Source: Nitrospirota bacterium (lineage in GTDB: Bacteria > Nitrospirota > UBA9217). Taken from it: DNA of 64,000 nt. A program made the position numbers and the translations under genes. The notes under the pieces were generated by a model. That model had not been told where the DNA came from and ran no database searches. It worked only from the letters and a program-made list of their open reading frames with translations. Each line of letters begins with the position of its first letter. Position 1 is the first letter of the stretch. Of the stretch, positions 8,849-18,968 are shown piece after piece. Location of the stretch: assembly GCA_963663225.1 (NCBI GenBank), contig OY760142.1, forward strand, positions 1,184,001 through 1,248,000, in the 5' to 3' direction.

Positions 8849-9808
8849 TTAGCTTTTGGACATTGTCTGCAGCTTCTGGAGGAATGCCCATTCTTCATCA
8901 ATCATTTTCTGGAAGTCCGTAAGCATTGCCTCGTTTCCGGGGGCAAACATGTTTCTGAACCGGCCCTGGGGCTTCAAGAAGTCAACAAGGGGTTTCTTCT
9001 TATCTTTGGGGTCGTAGTTGATGGTGAACTTTTTGCCCTTGTCTTCCACTTCATACAGCGGCCAGTAGCAGGTATCAACAGCCAGCCGTGACATCATGAT
9101 TGAGTCGTTCAGCTGAGTTCTCCAACCGCGGTTGCAGGGGGAGATGATTCCGATGTACGCCGGGCCGTTGCTTGCGATTGCCTTCCGGACCTTGGTCATG
9201 AGGTCTTTCCAGTTGCTCGGTGACGCCTGCGCTGCATACGCACCGTGTGCTGCCATAATGCGGGTCAGGTCTTTTCTGCGCTGGGGTTTTCCTCTGACAA
9301 TTTCGCCGACCGGGCAGGTGGATGTATCTGCGCCGAAGGGCGTCGCGCTGGAGCGCTGAATACCGGTATTCATGTAGGCGCCGTTGTCATAGCAGATGTA
9401 CAGCAGCTGGTCGCCGCGCTCCATGGCGCCGGAAAGTGACTGGAAACCGATATCATAGGTTCCGCCATCGCCACCCCATGCAATAAACTTTGTATTGCCT
9501 TTGATCTTGCCTTGTTTTTTCAATGAGCGGAACATTGCTTCCATACCGGAGGCAGTCGCTGCCGAGTTCTCGAAAGCGCTGTGCAGCCAGGGCATCTTCC
9601 AGGATGTATAGGGGAAGATGCAGGACGAAACTTCAAGGCAACCCGTAGCATTGGCCGCGATTACCGGCTCATCAATAGCCATCAGGACCTGCCGTACGAT
9701 GGTTGGCGCACCACAACCTGCACACATACGGTGTCCGCTCGCAAATCTTTCCTTCTTTTTTGACAGCGCTTTTAGCGTCAGGGGTGTTTCCTGTGTCTCT
9801 GTGCTCAT
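8849..9808 (-). CDS. porB: Pyruvate:ferredoxin oxidoreductase beta subunit
   Basis: CAGCG, ATGC, GGDG TPP motif, YDNGAYMNTG. Confidence 0.95.
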   Translation of the reverse strand: MSTETQETPLTLKALSKKKERFASGHRMCAGCGAPTIVRQVLMAIDEPVIAANATGCLEVSSCIFPYTSWKMPWLHSAFENSAATASGMEAMFRSLKKQGKIKGNTKFIAWGGDGGTYDIGFQSLSGAMERGDQLLYICYDNGAYMNTGIQRSSATPFGADTSTCPVGEIVRGKPQRRKDLTRIMAAHGAYAAQASPSNWKDLMTKVRKAIASNGPAYIGIISPCNRGWRTQLNDSIMMSRLAVDTCYWPLYEVEDKGKKFTINYDPKDKKKPLVDFLKPQGRFRNMFAPGNEAMLTDFQKMIDEEWAFLQKLQTMSKS

Positions 9809-9880
9809 GTCATTATCTCCTTAGCTTCTTGGACGGGATATCTGGAAGAATAATTCCTCCCGAATCCTGTCAAAAAGAAT

Positions 9881-11071
9881 TTAGTTTCTCACCGTTATGT
9901 AGTCTTTTACGAGTTTAACCTTGCCGGTTTTTGCCACTTCAACCAGTTCATCAAGCACCTGGTCAGCATCATGGGGCATATAATCCCTACCGCCGAGCCC
10001 GTAAATCTTGTTGAAGAGCACGGGGCCTTGACGATGCGGCTGAACAGCCGAAGCAATTTCCATAAAGGTTGGGCCGTAACCGCCATAGGAATCAGCGCGA
10101 TCCAAAACGCAAACCGCCTTAGCATTCTTCAGAGCTTCACCCACTTCTTCGTAAGGGAATGGTCTGAATACGCGAATTTTCATAAGCCCGGCCTTCACGC
10201 CTTTTTCTCTGTATTTGTCGACCTGGTCCTTGGTCGTGCCTGCTGCCGATCCGACGGCAACGATAACCACTTCAGCATCTTCAAGACGATAGCTTTCAAA
10301 CACATCATATTTTCTGCCGGAAATCTTGGCAAAATCAGCAAACACGTCTTTCATGACCTTTTTTGCCTTCATCATGGCTTCCTGCTCAGCGCGTTTATGC
10401 TCAATGTAGTAGTCCTGCAGCACAAGGGCGCCATAGCTTCTGGGATGCTCGACGTCAAGCATCGGCTCCATGCTCTTGTACTCACCCACGAATTTTTTCA
10501 CGACATCATCGGTAAGATACTGCATGGTCATAATGGAATGGCTGGTAATGAAGCCGTCCAGGCCGACCATGATCGGAAGCCGCACTTCTTTATTTTCACC
10601 CATCACAAATGCCATGACGGTGTTGTCATACGCTTCCTGGGCATTCTCTGAATAGAGCTGAATCCATCCGCAATCGCGTGCGCCCATGCCGTCAGAATGG
10701 TCACCGTGAATATTGATGGGACCGGAAAGGGCACGGTTTACGACTGTCAGGAGAATCGGTAGCCTGAAGCCTGATGCGATGTGAAGCATTTCCCACATCA
10801 GGGCCAGACCCTGGGAGCTCGTTGCCGTAGCAACACGGCCGCCTGCTGCTGCTGCACCAATGCAGGCGCTCATGGCGCTGTGTTCGCTCTCCGCGAGGAC
10901 GACTTCAGTGTTCACCTTTCCGTCGGATACAAATTTTGTATACTGCTGCATGATTTCCGTTGACGGAGTGATCGGATATGCTGCCATGACGTCGGGGTTC
11001 AACTGGCGGAGCGCCTCCGCGACGGCAGTGTTGCCTGTAACCGCGACTGTCTTAGTTGATGTTACGGCCAT
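9881..11071 (-). CDS. porA: Pyruvate:ferredoxin oxidoreductase alpha subunit
   Basis: AYPITP, ESEHSA, ATSSQG. Confidence 0.95.
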   Translation of the reverse strand: MAVTSTKTVAVTGNTAVAEALRQLNPDVMAAYPITPSTEIMQQYTKFVSDGKVNTEVVLAESEHSAMSACIGAAAAGGRVATATSSQGLALMWEMLHIASGFRLPILLTVVNRALSGPINIHGDHSDGMGARDCGWIQLYSENAQEAYDNTVMAFVMGENKEVRLPIMVGLDGFITSHSIMTMQYLTDDVVKKFVGEYKSMEPMLDVEHPRSYGALVLQDYYIEHKRAEQEAMMKAKKVMKDVFADFAKISGRKYDVFESYRLEDAEVVIVAVGSAAGTTKDQVDKYREKGVKAGLMKIRVFRPFPYEEVGEALKNAKAVCVLDRADSYGGYGPTFMEIASAVQPHRQGPVLFNKIYGLGGRDYMPHDADQVLDELVEVAKTGKVKLVKDYITVRN

Positions 11072-11072
11072 G

Positions 11073-11366
11073 TTATTTTCCCTCCTCTTCCATGACGATT
11101 GCTTTGTTGCCTTTTTTCCCGGGGCACTCCAGGGCGCATACGCCGCAGCCCTTGCAGTAATTGTAGTTGATGCCGGTCATCTTTTCGTTTTCAACGTTGA
11201 TTGAAAGATCCGGGCAGTACACCCAGCAAAACAGGCACTGAATGCAGTTTTCCTGGATCCAGCGCGGTTTCAGTGTACGCCAGGAACCTGTTTCATATTG
11301 CTCGGAGTTTCCTGCATCCTTGATAACTCCACCCAATGGTAGTTCTTTCCAGTTCATCTGTTTCAT
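11073..11366 (-). CDS. porD: Pyruvate:ferredoxin oxidoreductase delta subunit (2x[4Fe-4S])
   Basis: TGSWR, CIQCLFCWVYCP, CKGCGVCALECP. Confidence 0.95.
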   Translation of the reverse strand: MKQMNWKELPLGGVIKDAGNSEQYETGSWRTLKPRWIQENCIQCLFCWVYCPDLSINVENEKMTGINYNYCKGCGVCALECPGKKGNKAIVMEEEGK

Positions 11367-11938
11367 CCCTGCTTTACCTCCTCAAAACCGCGCTTCGCTG
11401 CGGTGAGATTTGCGTCGATAACCTTCTGCGCAAACTTCTTTCCAAAGCTGCCTTTCACTTCCTCTATCAAGCTGTCAATACCCAGAAGACCCGATGCCTT
11501 GGTAAGCGCGCCGAGCATGGGTGTATTCGGCATGGGCCTGCCGATGGTCTCAACTGATATCTTCGTTGCATCAACCGTGAAAATCTTCTGGGAAGCCTTT
11601 GCTTTGAGTTTCTCCCGGACTTCCTTCGGAGTTTTGGACGTATTGACTACAAAAACAGCGTCGTCCGATGCGCCTTCGGCAACGTTAATTGCATCGAGGA
11701 GCGTTGCGTCTGCCACTGCCACCACGTTTGGGTACAATACCGGACAATGCATCCGGAGCTCACCCGAGCTGATCCGATTATACGCACGAAGCGGTGCACC
11801 TGCGCGCTCCGGGCCATATTCTGGGAATGCCTGCACGTGACGACCGCCGCTCAGACATGCGTCGGCGAACACCTTGGCTGCCGTAACCGTGCCCTGGCCG
11901 CCCCTTCCGTGCCACCTTACTTCTACCATTTCTGCCAT
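11363..11938 (-). CDS. porC: Pyruvate:ferredoxin oxidoreductase gamma subunit
   Basis: HGRGGQG, FPEYGPERAGAP. Confidence 0.95.
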   Translation of the reverse strand: MAEMVEVRWHGRGGQGTVTAAKVFADACLSGGRHVQAFPEYGPERAGAPLRAYNRISSGELRMHCPVLYPNVVAVADATLLDAINVAEGASDDAVFVVNTSKTPKEVREKLKAKASQKIFTVDATKISVETIGRPMPNTPMLGALTKASGLLGIDSLIEEVKGSFGKKFAQKVIDANLTAAKRGFEEVKQG

Positions 11939-12063
11939 TCTGATTACCTCCTCCTCTTCGAATTAATTTAATGTAAAATAAGACAAAATCTGCTGAATAC
12001 AAGCCGGTGCCCAACCCAGCTGCTACTCCGCTGATTCTGTCAGCAAAACGTTTTTATCACGCA

Positions 12064-13146
12064 TTACATCTCCCGCCGTCCTTCAAGCGCCCGCTGTACC
12101 GTATTCTCGTCCGCATATTCAATATCTCCCCCAACCGGGAGGCCGTATGCGATCCGGCTGACGCTGATGCCGAGCGGCTTGATAAGTTTCGACAGGTACA
12201 AGGCCGTCGTTTCCCCTTTTACCGTGGGATTCGTGGCAAGAATAACTTCCTTTACGCCGTTTGTTTTCAGCCGTTCTATAAGACCGGTGATTTTAAGATC
12301 GTCAGGACCGACTCCGTCGAGAGGAGCAATAGCGCCCATAATGGCATGATAGCGTCCCCTGAATATCCCGGTTTTTTCCAGAATAAGAATATTACTCGGC
12401 TCTTCGACTACGCAAATGCGGGTGCTGTCCCGTTTTTCATCACGGCAGATACTGCAAATTTCTTCTTCCGTGATATTATTGCAAACGGAGCAATACCGGC
12501 TGTTGTTCTTCAGATCCTGAATCGCCTGCGCGATCCCGGCAGCATCATCGTACGACATGCTGAGAATGGCAAAGGAAAGCCTCTCTGCGCTTTTTCTGCC
12601 GATGCCGGGGAGCTTCATGAAGGCCTCGACCATTTTACCGAGCGCCTGGCCCGAAACTTCGGCAGCCTGTGTTCCGTGTTGCTTGTGCTCCTGCCGGCCT
12701 TTGTTTGTTGCGACGCTCTTTGTCTTAATGATCATTTTCAGATTAGTTCCCTTGCCGACTTCTGATGAAATATAAAAAAGGTCGGAGTAGTTCTTAATAT
12801 TGCACAACCCCATTCCGGCTCCAAAACCCATGTCTCTGACTTTCTGGGTCGCCGTTGACCATCCAGGCTGCATGGCAAGTTCAATATCTGGAATTCCCGG
12901 TCCTTCATCAATCGCCTCGACCACGATGCGGTCAGGAACAACACAGAGACGAATAATCCCCTTTCGAGCGTAAGAAACAATATTTATTTCAGACTCGTAG
13001 GCTACGAGAACCGCTCTTCGCACCACGTCGTGTGAAAAGCCGTGGTGCCTTAAAACCGTTTTAATATTTCTCGCTGCCTTTCCGGCATGATCAAAATTAT
13101 CGCCGACAACCGCAAATGCGTTTTCGTACAGGGGCCTGTCATTCAC
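12064..13146 (-). CDS. recR: Fusion: anti-sigma-type Ser/Thr kinase (HATPase) domain + RecR
   Basis: aa ~1-140: YESEINIV, IDEGPGI, GWSTA, GFGAGMGLCNIK; aa ~165-360: KLPGIGRKSAERL HhH, C4 Zn finger, Toprim (VVEE, LATNPT, IEYAD). Confidence 0.9.
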   Translation of the reverse strand: MNDRPLYENAFAVVGDNFDHAGKAARNIKTVLRHHGFSHDVVRRAVLVAYESEINIVSYARKGIIRLCVVPDRIVVEAIDEGPGIPDIELAMQPGWSTATQKVRDMGFGAGMGLCNIKNYSDLFYISSEVGKGTNLKMIIKTKSVATNKGRQEHKQHGTQAAEVSGQALGKMVEAFMKLPGIGRKSAERLSFAILSMSYDDAAGIAQAIQDLKNNSRYCSVCNNITEEEICSICRDEKRDSTRICVVEEPSNILILEKTGIFRGRYHAIMGAIAPLDGVGPDDLKITGLIERLKTNGVKEVILATNPTVKGETTALYLSKLIKPLGISVSRIAYGLPVGGDIEYADENTVQRALEGRREM

Positions 13147-13154
13147 GAGAGTGT

Positions 13155-13520
13155 CTATTTACCTTCCACTTTTTCTATGCAGCCGCGGAACCCTTTGCTG
13201 TAAAGCCTTCCACAAATCTCAAAAAGAATATACTTTGTACTGAGAACGGGAATGTTCAATTCCTCCGCCAACTGAAGCGACTCATAGGGAAGTTTTTTAC
13301 CCCTGCCCAGAAGAACAGCCGCAATATCGAGGACATCAGCCGTTCTCAATACCTGCGGATTTGTTAATCCGGTTATCAAAAGAGTGCCGGTCGATGCAAA
13401 CGCAAGCACATCGCTCATAAGATCTGCAACAAATGCGTTTGACACCTCGATGTGATCAAGCCGGTCTTCGCCGACGAGTACTTCCGCGTCAAGAAAATCT
13501 TTAATGTCACGGAGCTTCAC
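13155..13520 (-). CDS. DRTGG-domain protein (hydrogenase accessory)
   Basis: ADLMSDVL, LITGLTNPQVLRTA. Confidence 0.88.
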   Translation of the reverse strand: MKLRDIKDFLDAEVLVGEDRLDHIEVSNAFVADLMSDVLAFASTGTLLITGLTNPQVLRTADVLDIAAVLLGRGKKLPYESLQLAEELNIPVLSTKYILFEICGRLYSKGFRGCIEKVEGK

Positions 13521-13559
13521 CGCACTCTCCTGCCATACATTTCAACGATGTTTTTTCTC

Positions 13560-15356
13560 CTAGTGTCCTGATGCCTTCTTCGGCTCACATCCGCCAAGCA
13601 CGACGTCTTTATGAGGCAGCTCCGTTCCCCGTTCAGTATAATGGGTGTGAAGCAGCTCATGTGACTTGTGGCCCAATGGTTTTTTCAGGAAAACATCGTA
13701 TACTTTTTTGATAGAGGGATTTTCGTGCGACTGACGGTATTTCTGGACCGAACCGTCATCCGCGTACAAACCGCCCGCGCGGCACTGCCTGATTTCGTTG
13801 GTCGTCGGCAGAGGACCGCCGCCGCCGCCGATGCAACCGCCCGGACAGGTCATGACTTCGATAAATGCATAGGGTGATTTTCCCTCCCGCACCTGGTCCA
13901 ACAGCTTGCGGGCGTTCGCCAAACCGTGTGCGACAGCCACAGAAACCGGCCCCAACTCGCCCACAGGAAGCGTTGCCGCTTTAACGCCGTCCAGACCGCG
14001 GACGGGAGTCACATTCAAGTCTTGCAGGTTTTTCCCGGTCACCACGGCATACACGGTGCGAAGGGCGGCTTCCATAACGCCTCCGGTCGTCCCGAAAATG
14101 GTTCCTGCACCAGTGTATTCGCCCATGGGGGCATCGTAGTCTTCGTCTTTGAGATTTACGAAATCGATGCCGGCTTCCTTAATCATCCGTGCAAGTTCGC
14201 GGGTCGTGAGAACATAGTCTACGTCGCGGTATCCGCTGCTGCACATCTCAGGTCTCTTCGCCTCAAACTTTTTGGCAGTGCAGGGCATGATGGAAACGGA
14301 GACAATATTTTTCGGATCGATGCCGGCGGTTTCGGCGTAGTAGGTTTTTACCATGGCGCCGAACATCATCTGCGGAGACTTGCAGGTTGACAGGTGAGGA
14401 AGCAGATCCGGGTAAAAGTGTTCGCAGAACTTGATCCAACCCGGCGAGCAGGAGGTGATCATGGGAAGCTTCCCGCCTTCTTTGACGCGCTGCAGAAGCT
14501 CGTTCCCTTCCTCGATAATAGTAAGGTCCGCGGTAAAATTCGTATCGAACACCTTGTGGAACCCGAGTTTCCTGAGTGCGGCGATCATTTTTCCGGTCAC
14601 CAGCGAACCCGCGGGCATTCCGAATTCCTCGCCCAGCGTGACACGGACGGCCGGTGCTTCCTGAACAACAATATGCTTGGTTGGATCCTGAAGTGCTTTC
14701 CAAACTTCGTTGACATCGTCTTTTTCGTACAGCGCACCGACGGGGCATGCCATTATGCACTGTCCGCAGGCAATACAGTTTGTTTCCAGCAAGGGGAGAT
14801 CAAACGCGGGTATCACCTTGGCGTTGCTTCCTCGAAACGCTGGAGTCAACACGCTCACCGTCTGGACCTTTTCGCAAACGGCAACGCACCGGTGGCAGTT
14901 GATGCACTTTCTGGTGTCGCGTACAATGGAAGGGCTGGATTCGTCAATCGCCCCTTCTTTCGGAAACGCGGGAATATCGAACCTCACATCACGCACGCCC
15001 GTGTATTCCGCGACCTTCTGGAGTTCGCAATTGCCGTTTCTGATGCAGTAGTTGCATTCCGTCGGGTGATTGGCCAGAAGAAGCTCCACCACCATTTTGC
15101 GAGCATTGCGCACCGCTTCGGTTGTCGTTCGCACGACCATTCCTTCGGAAACGGGAAAAACACATGATGCAACATGGCCCCGCTGGCCCTGCACATCCAC
15201 CAGGCAAACACGGCAGGCGCCCGGCGTATGACCGAGTTCTTGTGACGCGCACAGGGTAGGAATCCTGATTCCTGCTTTTTTCGCAGCTTCCAGGATGGTA
15301 GTGCCCGGCTCTACCGCAACTTTGATATTGTCAATGGTTAAGTTAACTAAAGACAT
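13560..15356 (-). CDS. hydA: [FeFe]-hydrogenase catalytic subunit (group A, multimeric)
   Basis: H-cluster motifs TSCSPGW, MPCTAKKFE, EVMTCPGGCIGGGG; N-terminal 2Fe-2S, His-ligated 4Fe-4S, 2x4Fe-4S. Confidence 0.96.
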   Translation of the reverse strand: MSLVNLTIDNIKVAVEPGTTILEAAKKAGIRIPTLCASQELGHTPGACRVCLVDVQGQRGHVASCVFPVSEGMVVRTTTEAVRNARKMVVELLLANHPTECNYCIRNGNCELQKVAEYTGVRDVRFDIPAFPKEGAIDESSPSIVRDTRKCINCHRCVAVCEKVQTVSVLTPAFRGSNAKVIPAFDLPLLETNCIACGQCIMACPVGALYEKDDVNEVWKALQDPTKHIVVQEAPAVRVTLGEEFGMPAGSLVTGKMIAALRKLGFHKVFDTNFTADLTIIEEGNELLQRVKEGGKLPMITSCSPGWIKFCEHFYPDLLPHLSTCKSPQMMFGAMVKTYYAETAGIDPKNIVSVSIMPCTAKKFEAKRPEMCSSGYRDVDYVLTTRELARMIKEAGIDFVNLKDEDYDAPMGEYTGAGTIFGTTGGVMEAALRTVYAVVTGKNLQDLNVTPVRGLDGVKAATLPVGELGPVSVAVAHGLANARKLLDQVREGKSPYAFIEVMTCPGGCIGGGGGPLPTTNEIRQCRAGGLYADDGSVQKYRQSHENPSIKKVYDVFLKKPLGHKSHELLHTHYTERGTELPHKDVVLGGCEPKKASGH

Positions 15357-15432
15357 ACATTCCTCCGTTTTTAGGCGGACGCTGTTTTAAAGCAGCGTCC
15401 GTCGCAATTCAGTAGTGGTAAAAACTAACTCC

Positions 15433-18400
15433 CTAAGCTCCTCCATCGCACCGCATGCAACGGCTTGCTTCCAGGATGGCGACCATCTTTTTATAGCCAA
15501 TCTCAACTTCCTTGAAGTTGTTCTTCCTGTCTGCAACATGCAGTTCGGGCATCTTCGCCTGGGGGGTCTCTTCGGATTCTTCATCAATGACGAACGGAAT
15601 GTCGATCTTTTCCTCCGCCGGCTCCACATATGCCGGTTCACCATTGATTTTCCTGATGTGGCTGTCCATATCGGATGCCGCCTGATGGCCCGCAGCAATG
15701 GCTCCGATAACGGTGTCAGGACCGGTGACCATGTCGCCACCCGTAAAGTATTTCGAATTTGTCGTCTGAGACTTGCATCCTGCGGCCAAACTGCAGGTCG
15801 ACCACTTGCTGACGCTGATTCCGCTGTCCTTCGGAATAAAGGACAGATCCGGCATCTGACCGATGGCCGAGACAATGGTGTCCACGCTTAAGGTGAATTC
15901 TGACCCCGCAATAGCGGTCGGTCTCTTTCTTCCGCTTCTGTCGAAGTCGCTCAGTTTCATGCGTTCACAGACAATACCGTTGACAGCGCCACCCTGCTCA
16001 ACGATCTTGAGCGGGGCAACCAGGTATTCAATCTTAATGCCTTCTTCCTCCGCTGCATGGATTTCCTCCTCAGCAGCCGGCATGTCCTTCCTCTCGCGGC
16101 GGTACAGGATGGTAACATCCGCGCCGAGACGCTTCGCAACGCGGGCGGCATCAATGGCGGAATTTCCGCCGCCGACTACGGCAACCCGGGTACCGAGCTG
16201 TTTTTTGCCCGTCAACCAGGCCTCTTCATTCGTGCAAAAGTCTCTCAAGAATTCCACGCTGCCGAAAACGCCTTTCAGGTTCTCGCCCGGAATGCCCATG
16301 GGCTGGCTCTTGTGCGCGCCGGCAGCCAGATATACATAGTCGAAGTCTTTGTTTACCTGTTCGAAGGAAATTTCTCTGCCTACGCGGGTGTTGCATTTAA
16401 TATCGACGCCCAGCGCCTTTACGTTGTCGTTGATTTCTGCGGCAAGTATGTTTCGGGGAAGCCGGTACGAAGGGATAGCCCAGCGAAGCATACCGCCTGC
16501 TTCCGGCAGTTCTTCGAATATGGTCACTTTGTACCCGCGGAGAGCCAAATCACGCGCAGCAGTAAGGCCGGCGGGGCCCGCTCCGATAACAGCGATTTTT
16601 TCTTTTCTCGTTACGGCAACCGGTGCTGTCTGGGGCCGCGGCGCATTGTCGGTGATGAACCTCTTGAGGAACTTGATGGCAAGCGGCTCATCAAGATTGG
16701 ACCGGCGGCACTTTGACTGGCACTTATGATCGCAAACGCGGCCGCAAACCGAGGGAAGCGGATTTGTTTTGATCATGACCTTATACGCATCGCTGAAGCG
16801 CTCTGCGCGGATAAGTGCAATATATGCCGGAATGTCCATTTCAACCGGGCACGTATGCTGGCACGGCGATTTGAAGAGCGGCGAGCAGACAACGGCTTTG
16901 CACCTTTTGTCCCGGATATGCGCTTCGTATTCATCTCTGAAATACCGGATCGTGCTCAGAACCGGATTCGGGGCGGTCTGGCCAAGACCGCACAGAGACG
17001 AACTTTTGATAACAGCGGCCATTTCCTCGAGAAGCTCTATATCGCCTTCCCTGCCCTTGCCCTGCGTGATGTTCGTCAGGATTTCAAGCATTCTCTTGGT
17101 TCCTTCACGGCAGGGAGTGCACTTTCCGCACGACTCCTCCTGACAGAAGTCCATAAAGAACCGGGCAATATCCACAGCGCACTTGTCTTCGTTCAGTACG
17201 ATCAGCCCGCCGGAACCCATAATGGCTCCCAGTTCCATTACTCGCTCAAAGTCAACCGGCGTATTAAGATATTCAATCGGAATCATGCCGCCGGAGGGGC
17301 CGCCCAGTTGTGCGGCCTTAAATTTTTTCCCGTTGGGAATGCCACCGCCGATATCGTAGACAATCTGGCCGAGCGTTGTTCCCATCGGTACTTCGACAAG
17401 GCCGACGTTGTTCACGTCTCCGGTGAGGGCGAATACCTTGGTTCCCTTGCTCTTCTCTGTTCCGATAGCATTATACCAGGAGGCCCCCTTGAGAATGATC
17501 TGGCCCACACTGGCAAACGTCTCAACATTGTTCAAGACAGACGGCTTGCCCCACAGTCCCGAAACGGCCGGGAAAGGCGGACGCGGACGCGGCATACCGC
17601 GCTTGCCTTCAATGGATGTCATCAGGGCAGTCTCTTCACCGCAGACGAACGCTCCGGCGCCCTGGTAAATTTCTATCTCAAGATCAAATCCCGTGCCCAG
17701 AATGTTCTTTCCCAAAAGTCCATACTCTTTTGCCTGGTTGAGAGCAACCTGCATCCGGTGGATGGCAAGAGGATACTCTGCACGGCAGTAGATATATCCC
17801 TGGTGGGCGCCGATTGCCTTGGCCGCAATAACCATGCCTTCAATGACGGCATGGGGATCGCCTTCGAGCACGCTTCGGTCCATAAACGCACCGGGATCGC
17901 CTTCGTCGGCGTTGCAAAGAATATATTTTACATCCCCGGGGGTCTGCGCACAGAACTTCCACTTAAGGCCGGTGGGAAAACCGCCGCCGCCTCTGCCGCG
18001 CAGGCCCGAATCGAGAACTTCTTTTACAATCTGCTCCGGCGTCATTTCCGTCAGGGCCTTCGCCATTCCGGCGTATGCGTCCCTGGCAATGGCTTCGTCA
18101 ATGTTTTCCGGATCAATTTTGCCTCTGTTTTTCAGCACAATCAGCTTCTGGAGGGCAAAAAACGGAATTTCTTCCATTGTGGGGATGCGCTTTTCCGTCA
18201 CCGGTTCTTTATAGAGAAGCCGCTCCAGCACCCGTCCCTTTACCAGATGCTCTTCAACCAGCTCCGGCACGTCTTCCGGTTTTATCATCATGTAAATAAC
18301 ACCTTCCGGATAGACCACCATGATCGGCCCCTGGGCGCAAAAACCATTGCACCCGGTTTCTACAATCTTTACCTGGTCTGAAAAACCGCGTTTATCAATC

Positions 18401-18492
18401 TCTTCCTGCAATACCTGCTTTGTTTTGATGGACCCGGATGCATGGCAACCGGTTCCTCCACAGATTAAAAAGTGCGAACGAAATGCTTTCAT
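15433..18492 (-). CDS. hydB: NuoF/HydB-like diaphorase fused to a GltD-like FAD/NAD(P)H oxidoreductase
   Basis: GRGGGGFPTG, NADEGDPG, GAGAFVCGEETAL, CGKCTPCREG, then SPCQHTCP, CGRVC, GAGPAG, GGGNSA, YRRER. Confidence 0.9.
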   Translation of the reverse strand: MKAFRSHFLICGGTGCHASGSIKTKQVLQEEIDKRGFSDQVKIVETGCNGFCAQGPIMVVYPEGVIYMMIKPEDVPELVEEHLVKGRVLERLLYKEPVTEKRIPTMEEIPFFALQKLIVLKNRGKIDPENIDEAIARDAYAGMAKALTEMTPEQIVKEVLDSGLRGRGGGGFPTGLKWKFCAQTPGDVKYILCNADEGDPGAFMDRSVLEGDPHAVIEGMVIAAKAIGAHQGYIYCRAEYPLAIHRMQVALNQAKEYGLLGKNILGTGFDLEIEIYQGAGAFVCGEETALMTSIEGKRGMPRPRPPFPAVSGLWGKPSVLNNVETFASVGQIILKGASWYNAIGTEKSKGTKVFALTGDVNNVGLVEVPMGTTLGQIVYDIGGGIPNGKKFKAAQLGGPSGGMIPIEYLNTPVDFERVMELGAIMGSGGLIVLNEDKCAVDIARFFMDFCQEESCGKCTPCREGTKRMLEILTNITQGKGREGDIELLEEMAAVIKSSSLCGLGQTAPNPVLSTIRYFRDEYEAHIRDKRCKAVVCSPLFKSPCQHTCPVEMDIPAYIALIRAERFSDAYKVMIKTNPLPSVCGRVCDHKCQSKCRRSNLDEPLAIKFLKRFITDNAPRPQTAPVAVTRKEKIAVIGAGPAGLTAARDLALRGYKVTIFEELPEAGGMLRWAIPSYRLPRNILAAEINDNVKALGVDIKCNTRVGREISFEQVNKDFDYVYLAAGAHKSQPMGIPGENLKGVFGSVEFLRDFCTNEEAWLTGKKQLGTRVAVVGGGNSAIDAARVAKRLGADVTILYRRERKDMPAAEEEIHAAEEEGIKIEYLVAPLKIVEQGGAVNGIVCERMKLSDFDRSGRKRPTAIAGSEFTLSVDTIVSAIGQMPDLSFIPKDSGISVSKWSTCSLAAGCKSQTTNSKYFTGGDMVTGPDTVIGAIAAGHQAASDMDSHIRKINGEPAYVEPAEEKIDIPFVIDEESEETPQAKMPELHVADRKNNFKEVEIGYKKMVAILEASRCMRCDGGA

Positions 18493-18576
18493 GTGAATAC
18501 CTTCCTCCTTCACGTAATTACCTTTGGATTCTGCAAGAGAGCACGCTCCGCACCCTTGCCGATAATCGCCATGGTC

Positions 18577-18945
18577 CTAGCCCCGTGCAATGGCAAACGT
18601 GGACTGCACCTCTCCCTGAAGAACATGCCGTTTGAACACCTGGCGCATCTTGTTTGCGTCCATATGTCCGTAGACAATCGGCTCTTTTCCGAGAATCTCC
18701 ACCGTAACCATAGGCTCTCTGCTGCACATTCCAGCGCAACCGGATGTCGTCACCATCACATCCGTCGTCTTTGCTTCCGCAATTTCGCTCATCAATGAAT
18801 CCATTACTGCGCGCGCACCTGCGGAAATACCACACGTCCCCATATGCACGGTAACCTTTGCTCTCTGGCCGCCTTCCCGGAGCGCGGTTTCTGTGAGGAC
18901 TCTTTCCTTGATTTTTTTCAAGTCTGCTATTGAAATTTTCGGCAT
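18577..18945 (-). CDS. Thioredoxin-like [2Fe-2S] ferredoxin subunit (HndB/HydD-like)
   Basis: VHMGTCGISAGAR, SGCAGMCSREP. Confidence 0.9.
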   Translation of the reverse strand: MPKISIADLKKIKERVLTETALREGGQRAKVTVHMGTCGISAGARAVMDSLMSEIAEAKTTDVMVTTSGCAGMCSREPMVTVEILGKEPIVYGHMDANKMRQVFKRHVLQGEVQSTFAIARG

Positions 18946-18968
18946 GGCAGTTCCCCTTATTTTTGCGG

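Noticed and set aside
15376-15401. Hairpin between hydB and hydA (similar one between porA and porB)
   Set aside because: No U-tract on the coding strand; ordinary intercistronic stem-loop
16726-18381. 551-aa + strand ORF, and many similar ORFs such as 12007-12765, 14394-15167, 60876-61883 and 63205-63960
   Set aside because: Antisense shadows of well-supported genes; no recognisable motifs
18493-18579. Ferredoxin TAG stop is in frame with hydB with no intervening stop (possible readthrough or pyrrolysine)
   Set aside because: hydB has its own strong RBS and ATG, the ferredoxin looks complete, no pyl genes are in the window, and a short open stretch can occur by chance
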